From an uncultured Chloroflexia bacterium (lineage in GTDB: Bacteria; Chloroflexota; Anaerolineae; CG2-30-64-16): a stretch of DNA of 64,000 nucleotides. Position numbers and translations under genes: made by a program. The stretch is taken from the NCBI GenBank assembly GCA_963695715.1, contig CAVOHP010000026.1, positions 818-64,817 on the forward strand, in the 5' to 3' direction. A model generated the notes under the pieces. It was not told the DNA's origin, made no database searches, and saw only the letters and a list, made by a program, of their open reading frames with translations. Below, piece by piece: positions 50,860 through 61,026 of this stretch. Each line of letters starts with the position of its first letter. Position 1 is the stretch's first letter.

Positions 50860-52091
50860 CGGCGTAACTCCACGGCGGGATGAGGGTTCGCATCGAGCTG
50901 TCTGACCGGGTATCGATGCTCTTGCGTTGATATGACGGCTTCAACAGGGTCAGGAATTGTGGCGCGATGACCTCCCAATCATAGCGCTGTGCGACCAGGC
51001 GCCCGGCTTCCCCGGTGAGCGATTGCCGGAGGGCAGGATCGCGCAGCAGCCGAACGGCGGCATCGGCGAACTCGACCGGGTCGTCGGCAATCAGCAGATG
51101 CCGGCCGGGTTGCGGCATCGAGACCCTCCGCGCCCTTCGTCGTCGCGATGACCGGAACGCCCAGGGCCATCGCTTCCAGGATTTTCAGGCGTGTGCCGCC
51201 GCCCTGGCGCATGGGCACCACGGCTGCCCACGAGCCGGCGATCAGCGGGCGCACGTCGGGCACAAAACCGGTTCGCGTGATATCGGGCGCAGGCGGCAGC
51301 GGCAGGTCGGCGTGATTGCCGGTGATCGTGAGTCTGGCGGCGGGATACTGGTCCTTGATACGCCCGTAGACTTCACCGACAAACCAGGATGCTGCATCGT
51401 AGTTGGCATGATAGGTGAACGCACCGGTGAAAATGAGGCTCCCCGGTTCGGGCCGGGCGGATATTCCGATGTAGTCGGGGAGATGCACGCCGTTCGGTAT
51501 GACCTCGACGGCGTGGAAATCAGGCGCAAGTGTTGCGCACCAGGTCACGCTCTTGTTGCGATGCGACGGTGGCCGCGGCGTACTGTTCGAGCAGGCGATT
51601 GAGATATCGGCTGTGTTTGGCCCACGTCAGGCCATAGCGCAGCCGGTGGGCGACATCGCTTGCCCCTGCGTATTGGCCGTGCATCAGGCCGAGTTCGATC
51701 TCCTCGAAAAGCGCCGGGTAACCCGCGAAGCAGGGAGCATATACGGCCGTGTCAAACTGGGAAGCGATGACGGCGTCATACGGCGTCTGTCCCAACTCGC
51801 GCTCGATCAGGGAAGCGAATTCGTCAGACCACGTTTCGATGACGGATCGCGGGCGGGGATTGAGCAAGGCCAGACGCGCGCTCATGCGGTTGGGGATGAA
51901 TGGCTTGCGACGCACGACGTGTACGTCGCGGCAAATCGCCCGCAGACCGGCGGCGTCAATCGGCTCGTCCGGTTCGGCAAAGCTGATCAGCGTGACCTCA
52001 TGTTGTGTGGCGAGAATGCGTAGCAAATTGTAGACGCGCAACTTCGAGCCATTGGTCGGCGGGTGGGGAAACCAGCGCGAGAGAAAGAGCA
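50856..52091 (-). CDS. glycosyltransferase family 4 (second copy), about 3 frame changes
   Basis: MSRLLFLSRWFPHPPTNGSKLRVYNLLRILA (ORF 51520..52413, internal Met) joins ORF 50979..51548 (GGTRLKILEAMALGVPVIATTKGAEGL), then the frame of 49937..51118 (LLIADDPVEFADAAVRLLRDPALR). The last residues, ...QLDANPHPAVELRR-stop, end in an ATGA overlap with the Wzy-like start. Confidence 0.7.
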
Positions 52092-52097
52092 GTCGGC

Positions 52098-53006
52098 TCA
52101 TGTCGGGCGCATTCCCCAGCGGCCGCGCAGGAAATCCACCGTGCCTTGCCACAGGGCATCCCGATGCGCGCGCATGTGACGCCAGCGAGGTTTGATTGTC
52201 CAGCTTGTGAGCGTACGTATGGTTTGAAACCAGGCTCCGGCCCAGGCTGCGGGCGGGGCATGATGAAGCGACATCATCAAGAAGTGATTCCGGGTATTGT
52301 AGTAGGTGACGGATGGGCCGGGCTGATAGTTGCGCTGAACGCCTTTGTGCCAGAGGCGCGCCCCGGGTTCCAGCACGATCTTCCAGCCGTGGCGAGTCGC
52401 CCGGACGCACCACTCGGTTTCTTCAAAGTAGTAGAAAAAGCGTTCATCGAGCGCGCCGAACTCGCGAATGGCGGCGGCGCGCGCCAGGAGGGCGCAACCG
52501 GAAAGCGCAGGCGTCTCGTGCGCCAGGGCAAACTGACCGCAATCGGGTTCATTCTTCCCGAGATGCCGGGAATCCCAGGCGCGGTTCAGCGTGACGCCGG
52601 CAGACTGGATGATCTCCGGTTCATCGTAGTGGAGCACCAATGGGCCGACAAACGCGATGCGCGGGTCGCTCTCGCCGGCGGCAACCAGACGCTCGATGCA
52701 TTCGGGAGCCAATACGGTGTCTTCGTTAAGCACCAGCACCCAGTCGGCGCCCTCTTGCAGCGCCGCAGCGATGCCGACGTTGTTATTTCCGGCGTAGCCT
52801 TTGTTCTCTTCGATGGCGATGATGCGAACATCAGGGTGGGCGGCCCGGATGGCTTCAACAGAGCCATCGGTCGAGGCGTTGTCCAGCACGATCGTCGAGA
52901 AATTCCGATAGGTGTTGCGCTCGAGTGACGCAAGACAGGCCAGGGTGTCCTCACGCCGGTTGGTATTGAGGATCACGACCGTGACACGCGGGTTCATTCC
53001 AGCCAT
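52098..53006 (-). CDS. glycosyltransferase family 2
   Basis: Intact 302-aa ORF with VTVVILNTNRREDTLACLASL, VLDNASTDGS and LVLNEDTV (DxD-type). Confidence 0.85.
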   Translation of the reverse strand: MAGMNPRVTVVILNTNRREDTLACLASLERNTYRNFSTIVLDNASTDGSVEAIRAAHPDVRIIAIEENKGYAGNNNVGIAAALQEGADWVLVLNEDTVLAPECIERLVAAGESDPRIAFVGPLVLHYDEPEIIQSAGVTLNRAWDSRHLGKNEPDCGQFALAHETPALSGCALLARAAAIREFGALDERFFYYFEETEWCVRATRHGWKIVLEPGARLWHKGVQRNYQPGPSVTYYNTRNHFLMMSLHHAPPAAWAGAWFQTIRTLTSWTIKPRWRHMRAHRDALWQGTVDFLRGRWGMRPT

Positions 53007-53990
53007 GCCGGAGGCAAATTACGCATGATCTCGATGTCCTCGAAGCGGCGACCGGTGCGCGCGCCATACGTGCGCACCCATTGCGCCATGCGCTGCAACC
53101 CTTCCTCCAATGAATAACGCGGCTTGACGCCGAAGACATTGCTGAGCTTGGCGTGCGAGGAATATGCGTCCTGCACTTCGTTGCGCGCCGGCAGGTGGGT
53201 GATCTTGCGGCGCAACGCCCATCGCGCCGGCCACGGCTTCGGCCAGGGCGTTCACGCTGTATGCCTGGTCGGCCCCGATGTTGAAGACCTGATTATAGGC
53301 GGCGGGCGTCTCGGCGGCGGCGGCGATGATGGGCGCGACATCGCCGATGTAGCTGAAGGCGCGCGTCTGTGTACCGTCGCCGAACACCGTCATCGGGTGA
53401 CCTTGCAGGATCTGATTCATGAAGATGCCCACGACGTTGCGATAGCGGTCGCCGATGTTCTGGCGTTCACCGTAGACGTTGTGGGGACGGAATATGACAT
53501 AGTCCAGGCCAAACATGCGCCGGCTGGCCTCCAACTCCTGTTCGACGGCGAGCTTGGCAATGCCGTAAGGGTCTTCGGGGTGTGGCGGCGTTTCCTCGGT
53601 CATGGGCAGTTGCGGACTGGCGCCGTAGACGGCGATCGAGGAGGTGAAGATGAAGCCCCGCGTACCGTGATTGATGGCGGCGTTGATGAGGTTGACGCTG
53701 CCCATCAGGTTGTTCTGATAGTTGAATCGTTTGATGAAGTGGCTCAGGCCCTCGGCAGCGTATGCGGCCAGGTGGTAGACATAATCAAAATGATATTCAT
53801 CGAACAGGCTTTCGATCAGCGACACGTCGTTGATATTGCCCGTGACGAGACGCGCGTCGCCGGGTACGTTGTCCGCAAATCCGCCGCTCAGGTCATCGAG
53901 GACGACCACCCGATGGTCGCGGGCCAACAGCTCTTCGGCTACGTGCGACCCGATGAATCCTGCCCCACCCGTCACCAATGTCGTCGGCAT
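52994..53990 (-). CDS. NAD-dependent sugar-nucleotide epimerase/dehydratase, one frame change (about 53215)
   Basis: MPTTLVTGGAGFIGSHV, YGIAKLAVE (YxxxK) in ORF 53019..54005. The tail RRKITHLPARNEVQDAYSSHAKL...RNLPPAWLE is in ORF 52994..53215. Confidence 0.8.
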
Positions 53991-53997
53991 GTTGTCC

Positions 53998-55108
53998 TCA
54001 CCCAAAGATATAACGATAGTAACGGTTGGCCGGTGTTCGGCTTACCAACCACATCAGGCCGAGCGGGACGGCCAATCCGACGGCGATCAGGAGCGGCTGT
54101 AAGATGATCTGGTGGCCGAGCAGGGCCGGTACAAAGTGATACAGGGCGCGGGCGAAATACTCCATGCCGATCATATGAATCAGGTAGATGCCATAGGTGC
54201 GCCCGCCCAGCCATTCGACGGAACGGGCGAACGGCAGCGCAGTCTGGCTTACGGCGAGAATCGCAAGGATGAATGCGGCGGAGTAGAGGACATCTACGAA
54301 GGTTTCGCGATGGGCCAACCATTCCGATGACCGCCGGGCCATCCACTCCCATTCGATCATGCCGACCGGTATGAGGACAAGCGCTGCGCCGATCAGCCAG
54401 ACTCTGGATTTGTCGAGAAATCCCTTGAGGGCGGGAAGATGGAAGCCGGCGACGATACCGCTCGAAAATGCGAAGATCCGTGTGATGAAGAGCCATTTCG
54501 GAACCAATTGCCCCAGGGCAATCAGTTGCGGGTTCTGCGCGCCAAGCAGAAGCGGATAGTAAGAGAGCATGACGGCGAGCTGGATCAGCCCTGTGACCAC
54601 GAGCAGCGTGACGGGCTTTTTGCGGGCGATGGGAATCAGGAACGGCGCCAGCAGATAGAGTTGGATCAGCAGCGGGACGTAGTAATACGCCGGACTGATG
54701 CTGCCGGTGAGATACATCTGTACGAAGCCGATTGGCCCGGGGCGACGGCCTTGCACGAAGGCGAGGGCAAACAGCACGAGCGTCCACAGGGTGTAGGGGA
54801 TGAGCAGGCTCTTGATGCGCGGCGAAGACGGAACTCCATGCCACGGTGCGTTGGGCGCGGCCGGTTGCGAAGGCCACGAAGAAGCCCGATATGAACATGA
54901 AGGCGGGAATCGCGAAGACGCTGATTTGCTCCTCGGCGCGCAGGAGCCAGTAGGACAGGCTGCCCGTCGGATCGGCGCTCGCGAGGTTGGCTGCGTCTGT
55001 ATAGCGATGCGCCCACGCGAACATGGCGACGAACCCCAGGCCGGCGGCATGGAAGATGATGACGGCGAAGATGGCGAGTCCGCTCAGATAAAGTAATCGT
55101 CGAACCAT
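53998..55108 (-). CDS. acyltransferase-3 (AT3) family membrane O-acyltransferase, copy A, one frame change (about 54850)
   Basis: MVRRLLYLSGLAIFAVIIFHAAG...FMFISGFFVAF (ORF 53972..55108) joins RIKSLLIPYTLW...YGIYLIHMIG...RYYRYIFG (ORF 53998..55050). Confidence 0.8.
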
Positions 55109-55168
55109 GCTCGGGCCTTTCAGCGATGTTGGCGGCGATGATGAAGGATGACGATGGCGTTAAGACGT

Positions 55169-55414
55169 CTATTGAAGTTGGCTGAGGTAATCGGAGAGCG
55201 CCCTGACGCTCTTGAAATTCTCATAGGTTACATCTTCATCCGGGACGCGAAGCCCGAAACGCTCGTCTACGAAGGCGACGATCTGGAGGATGCCCAGCGA
55301 GTCAATCGTGCCGTTTGCGAGCAGGTCGTCATCGGGTGAGATGGTTGATTTGCGGTCGCGGATGAGATCGTTCTTGATGTAGTCCATGAGGATGGTCTCG
55401 GTGCCTTGAGTCAT
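55169..55414 (-). CDS. 81-aa acyl/peptidyl carrier protein (DltC-like)
   Basis: Internal Met of ORF 55169..55504: MTQGTETILMDYIKNDLI...DDDLLANGTIDSLGILQIVAFVDERFG. DSLG is the phosphopantetheine-Ser context. Confidence 0.8.
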   Translation of the reverse strand: MTQGTETILMDYIKNDLIRDRKSTISPDDDLLANGTIDSLGILQIVAFVDERFGLRVPDEDVTYENFKSVRALSDYLSQLQ

Positions 55415-55449
55415 TGTCGGTTTGCTCCTTTGTGATTGGATGACGGCGT

Positions 55450-56626
55450 TTAGCCGAAGAGATAACGATAATAGCGCCGGAACGGCGAATGGTCTACCAG
55501 CCACATCAGCCCCAGCGGGGTGATCAAGGCGGCGGCAAACAACAGCGGCTGCAACAAAAGCTGGTGCGGCAGCAGGCCCGGCAGCAGGCGACTGATGGCT
55601 TTTGCCGCCAGGATGATGCCCAGCGTGTGGACGAGGTAAATCCCGAAGGAGCGCACGCCCAACTTCTGCAGCGCATCGGCCACGCGGGGCGCCAGCGCGC
55701 CGCCGCCGAGAAAGGCGAGGATGATCGCCCCGGAAAAGAGTTCATCGGTAAGGGTGCGAAACTGACCGGCCCATGGGGTCGGCGTCGCGCGGACCACAGC
55801 TTCCCATTCTACCATGCCGGCGATTAACAGGACAGGTATGGCGATCAAGGCGATGCGATGCACCCGGTCTATCCAGGCGCGGAAGGGCGCGACATGGGTC
55901 CCTGCCACGATGCCGGTCGCAAACCACAAACACAGACCGGGGAAGAACCATGCCGGGGTCAGCCATGCCAGCGCGGACGTCAGTGCGCCGGTAGGGGCCA
56001 GTTCTTTGAGATAGATCGCGAACATTGCCGTCAGTTGCAGGATCAGCGCCGCGATCAGCAACCACTTCCAGCGCCGTTGCGCCAGTAAGACCATAAACGG
56101 CGCCAGCAAGTAGTATTGGATGAGGAGCGGTATGTAATAGAATCCCGCAGCGGCGCCGCCGAAGGCAATCCGGCGCGCGTAGGAGATCGGCGCGTAGACC
56201 GACCCCAGCGCCGCATCCAGGCCGAGATAGAATGCAGACCATAGCAGATATGGGATCACCAACATCTTGATCCGGCTGCCGACGATGCTCCAGACGCCGG
56301 CGTTGGACGCCGTCTGCGCCGTCAGCCCCAGACGCTGCCGACGAGCGCGCCGTTTGTTGTTTCGGCGCGTGGACGGCGCGGCTCAGGGCGAAGGCTGCAA
56401 AGTAGCCCGACACGAAGAGAAATGCCGGCACCGCGAAGGCGGCAAGGCCCTCGCCGGTGCGTAATAGCCAGTAATCGAAGCTGCCCACGGCGTCGAAGTT
56501 CGGCGCGGCGACGGCGCGATATCGGTCCGCCCACCAGATGAGGGCAATGAACCCCCATCCTACGGTGTGGTTGAGCACGACGCCGAGGATCGCCAGTCCG
56601 TTGAGCAGCAGCAGGCGTCGAACCAT
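55450..56626 (-). CDS. acyltransferase-3 (AT3) family membrane O-acyltransferase, copy B (paralogue of copy A), at least 1 frame change (about 56350)
   Basis: MVRRLLLLNGLAILGVVLNHTVG...FLFVSGYFAAF (ORF 55742..56626) joins SRIKMLVIPYLLW...FGIYLVHTLG...RYYRYLFG (ORF 55450..56265). Confidence 0.8.
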
Positions 56627-56635
56627 TTGCTCTGC

Positions 56636-57902
56636 TCAGTCAATCGGGACTGTTGACAATTGGCTCTTGAAGATGTGGTTGTCGGAGGCTTCCACGGCCT
56701 TGATATAATTGCGCATGGCGTCCAACACCGGTACATCCTTTCGATCGAACACGATTCCCTGGAGCAACTCCTTGATTTGCGTATTGTACTCTTCAGATTG
56801 AACGAAATGCGTGAAGAGGGGCAACAGCTTATAGTAGAGCCGGATGAACTCATACCAGACGCTGACACCGGACCGAATCTTCTCCTCGTACGGGCTGAAC
56901 GTTGCAGCCGAGAAGTCTGCCTGTCTGGAAGGCACAGCGAATGCTGTCCTGTAGCGAACCGGGCGCTCATCATCGCAACACTGACGCCCGAAGAGAAGAT
57001 CGGATCTACGAAGCGCGCGGCGTCGCCGACCAGCATCCAGCCGTCGCCCACGAAGTGTCTGCATCTTGTAGCTGTAGTCGCCCTCGGTCTTGAACTCGTT
57101 GATGCGCTCGGCGGGCGCAAGTGCGCGGGCCAGGGCCGGATTCGATCCAATATAGGTGTTGAAGTATCCTTCCACATCTTTGCGCGCCTGTCGGAACACC
57201 TCGCGCTCGGCGACGATGCCCACCGATGTGATCTCGTCGGTGATCGGGATCTGCCATGCCCAGCCCCGGTCTACGGGGAGGAAGTGGATGTGGATATAGT
57301 CGGCGGTTTCGCTATCACCGCGATCCAAGCCTCTTGTACCAGGCATGTACTGCGTACTGGTCGAAGATGGGATCATTATCCTTGATCGTGAGCTGGCGGC
57401 CAAGCAGTGTGTGCCGACCACTGCAATCTACGACGATCTTGGCGTGCAAGTCGAACTCGGCTTCGGCCACCTGGGCACGGACGCCTACGGCCTGGCTGCC
57501 ATCGAACAATACCTGCTTGACACGCACGCCCTGGTATACCTTGGAGCCGAGCTTTTCGGCATGCTTCGTCAAGAGGTGATCGAACTTGCTGCGGTCAACA
57601 TGGTAGATATAGTCGCGATCTATGCCGTGCTTGGGGAATGCGCTGAAGGGGATGGCGAACTCTTTGCCGCTGAAGGCGTGCCAGGCTGCGCCATACTTCC
57701 GAACGAACCCCATTTCTTCCATGGTGTCGAGGAAGCCGATTTCCTTGAACGGAATGTAGGTGGACGTCACGAGGGATTCGCCGACATGAGGGCGTGGATG
57801 ATTGGCCTGCTCCAGGATGACGTTGTCTATGCCGGCCAGAGAGAGATAACTGCCCAGGGTAGCGCCGGCCGGCCCGCTGCCGATGATGATCACATCGCTC
57901 AT
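56636..57902 (-). CDS. FAD-dependent halogenase-like oxidoreductase (GxGxxG plus WxWxIP), 3 frame changes
   Basis: MSDVIIIGSGPAGATLG, PRPHVGESLV (ORF 57315..57902); DRGWAWQIPI (ORF 56636..57421); HFVGDGWMLVGDAARFVDPIFSSGV (frame of 56560..57177); then back to the 56636..57421 frame to the stop. Shifts at about 57335, 57060 and 56940. Confidence 0.7.
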
Positions 57903-58031
57903 TTTCCAAAAACCTCCAATAGATGGTCGCCGGTGTACCGGGCAACCGTGAAATGCCGTTCGCCGCTGGCGCTGCGAAGGGCATCAATCCGAACAGGGAG
58001 CGATGATGAGAGCGATGCAATGGATGGGTTT

Positions 58032-59608
58032 TCATGATTTTGATTGATCGGCGAGCGTGCGGCGGTCAATCTTGCCGGTGGATGTGCGCGGGAACTCCGC
58101 GACGATCGCGATGCGCGCCGGGATGGCATACCAGGGCAGGCGGCCGCCCAGATGCTCGGCCAGGTCGTCGGCCGTGGGCGCCGCGCCGTCTTTGGCGGTC
58201 ACGGCCGCGTAGATCAGATTGGCGCCTTCTCCTTCCTGGTCGGGCATTGCGTAGACGGCTGCTTCCTGAACTCCTTCGTGGCTCAATAGCGCGACCTCGA
58301 TTTCGTCCAGCTCGACGCGATAACCGCGTGTTTTGATCTGGCGGTCCTGGCGCCCCAGGAATTTGAGGTTGCCGTCCGGCATCTCCAGCACCAGGTCGCC
58401 CGTGCGATAGTAAGGCTCGGTATAGCCGGGGTGGAACGCCTGATGAAAGAAGCCGCGCTCGGTCAGCTCGGGGCGGCCCCAGTAGCCGCGCATGACGATC
58501 GGGCCGCGAATCAGCAACTCGCCCGGCGAACCGGGGGCGACCGGCTGATTTTCGGAGTCCACGATCAGCGCGTCGGCGTTGGCGCAGGCGACGCCGATGG
58601 AGATCGGTTCGTCGGTGTCATCGGGCACGGCGTTCACATGATAGTATGTGCAGACGTTGGTCTCCGTTGGGCCGTAGAGGTTGCTGAAACGGACGTGCGG
58701 CAGGGCGGCCATCAATTGGCGCAAGTACTTGGTCGGGAATACTTCGCCCGCGAAGAGCAGCCAGCGCAAGTCCGTCAGGTCGCGCGTTCCGATGTTGCCG
58801 CGCAGGAGCATCTGCGTCAGGGCGAACGGCACGGAATACCAGACGCTGATGCGCTCATCCTGCATCAGTTTGGAGACGCTGGCGGGGAAACGCGTCACGG
58901 CCTCGGGGATGATGACGGTCGTCGCCCCGGCCAGGGCGCCCGCGAACAGATCGAAGGTGGACAGGTCGAAGTGCAGCGGCGCATGATTGCTGAGGCGATC
59001 TATCGAGCGCAGGCTGTACTCATCGGCGGCCCAGCGCGCGAAGGCCAGGGCGCTGCGATGCGTGTGCATGATCCCTTTGGGGTCGCCGGTCGAGCCGGAC
59101 GTGTAGAGGATGTAGGCCAGGTCTTGCTCGATTGTGCGCGTTTCGGGCAGGGCGGCGGGCGCTGCAGCGACATCGGCCCAACTTGCCGTGCGCACAGGCC
59201 AGGCTATCCTGCGCCGATACGCCGATGATTTGCGCCAGGTCCGGGGCCAATGTCGAGCATCTGGCGGAGTTGCTCGGCCTTGTCATCCCGGCTGATGAGG
59301 CAGCGTATGCCGCAGTCACGGATGACGAACGCAAGGCGCGCCACGGGCGCGAACGGGTCGAGCGGCACGTAGGCCGCACCGGCCAGCATGATGCCATATA
59401 AGGCGATGACCGATTCCAGGCTCTTGTTCATGTAGATGCCGACCCGGTCGCCGCGGGCAACGCCATTCTCGGCCAGGAAGCGGGCCAGTTGCGCGGCGCG
59501 CTCGGCCAGGGCTGCGTAGGTCAGACCGACGCCTGCGAAGCGGATGGCCTCGTGGTCTGGTGAGCGTCCGGCGGCTTCGGTGATCGCGTGCGAAAGCAGA
59601 TAGATCAT
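58032..59608 (-). CDS. stand-alone NRPS-type adenylation enzyme (DltA-like amino acid--carrier protein ligase), 2 frame changes (about 59235 and 59195)
   Basis: ORF 59204..59608 (LTYAALAERAAQLA), then ORF 58032..59195 with core motifs LAYILYTSGSTGDPKG, HFDLSTFDLF, NLYGPTETN, GELLIRGPIVMRGYWG, YRTGDL, GRQDRQIKTRGYRVELDEIE, LPWYAIP, TGKIDRR. Confidence 0.85.
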
Positions 59609-59690
59609 CCCATTCCTCGAGAAGAGAGTAAGATCGGCTCTTGATGGCTACTCTGAGCTGATGGCGCCGTCCGTGGCCTGGATGTTGTCG

Positions 59691-60980
59691 TCACAATACC
59701 GATTCCTCGGCGCCGGGCGATGCGGACACCAGTTGCAAGGATTGCCCCGGGAGCAGCCACCTGATCATGGGAGCAGACAGTAATGAAGTGGCGATGGCCA
59801 TGATCACCACCGTAACAAATATCCGCTCGTCAATGATGGCATAGGCTAGACCAATGCCGGCCAGGATGATTCCCGTCGCGCCGCGAGCGTTCAGCCCAAA
59901 TGCGATCGCCCATACCTCGCGGTGAGCGGCATGCCGGCGAGCCGTGCACCCAAGATGACCCCTCCGACCTTGCTGATACATGCAACGACAAATACCACCA
60001 GCACCTGGGCCAGGTCAAAATTCACGGCGAAGTTGACCGTGAGACCCATGGAGACGAAATAGATTGGGGCAAAGAAGCTCAGCGCAAAATGGGAGATCAC
60101 GTCGTGTGCTTCGTTCGTCTCGCCGTTGTGCCCGCCTAATGCGATGCCAACCAGGAAGGCGCCCAGGAAAGCATGCACTGCCCAGGACTTCCGCGAAATG
60201 CTTCCCACGACCAGGATGAGCAGCGTTGTCAGAGCGATGAAGCCGCTCGGCCAGGGCAAGCGTTGTCTGGCAAAATGCAGGGCGCGCGGCCCCAAACACG
60301 CGCCCAGCCACCAGGACTATGACGACGAACAGGACGATTACCCCGAGGCCCAGTGAGAGGCTGGACACGGTCGTGTCTACAGGAGACACCTGACGCAGGA
60401 TCATCGCAAATAGGGTCCAGTTGATCAAGTCATCGAAGATGGTAGCCGTCATGACGACCGTCGCCGATGTGCTCCTTGAGCAGACCGAGATCCATCAGGA
60501 TTCGAGCAATCACGGGTTGGCGGAGTTCGCCAGGTTCAGCCCCAGAAACAGCGCGAAGGCAAAGAACTGTCCCTGGACACCCGGCCCCCAGAACGTGCTG
60601 GGCATCAGCGTAGGCCAGGCCCAGGCCGGCAACAATCGGAATGATTGTTCCGACCAGGCCGATGGAAGTGGCCTGCGGACCGAGCCGGCGGATATCGGAT
60701 TGAGATCCACCTCAAGGCCGGCGATGAAGAGAAAGAACATCATCCCGAGCTTGATCGTCAGCATCGCGCACGACAGTGACGTTGGCGGATGAGTGAAACA
60801 GCCAGTTATACGAAGCAGGCGCCAGCGCGCCGAAGATCGTTGGCCCAGGATAATGCCGCCAATCATCTCGCCTAGTACGGCCGGTTGTCCGAGCTTGCGC
60901 ATGATCTGCCCGCACATCAGACGCCACGCCAGCATCGCAGCGATCTGGAGAGCGAACAACACGAAGTCGTGGGAACTCAC
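59691..60980 (-). pseudogene. cation:proton antiporter (CPA2/Kef-NapA type), at least 8 frame changes; genuine decay or a local assembly problem
   Basis: Fragments appear in all three frames in the order expected for one protein. They are LGQPAVLGEMIGGIILG, PTIFGALAPASYNWLF, LTIKLGMMFFLFIAGLEVDLN, RRLGPQATSIGLVGTIIPIVAGLGLAY, FFAFALFLGLNLANSA, PVIARILMDLGLLKEHIG, TATIFDDLINWTLFAMIL, VHAFLGAFLVGIALG, FFAPIYFVSMGL and AIAFGLNARGATGIILAGIGL. Confidence 0.6.
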
Positions 60981-61026
60981 TTATACGATCCCTCGATCAG
61001 AGATTTCGTTGACGCCTGATCGTTCA

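Noticed and set aside
49937-51118. 393-aa minus-strand ORF
   Set aside because: Only its first ~70 aa belong to the GT4 C-terminus. The rest is an out-of-frame reading through the Wzy-like membrane protein gene.
52005-52928. 307-aa + strand ORF
   Set aside because: It is the antisense shadow of the intact GT2 gene.
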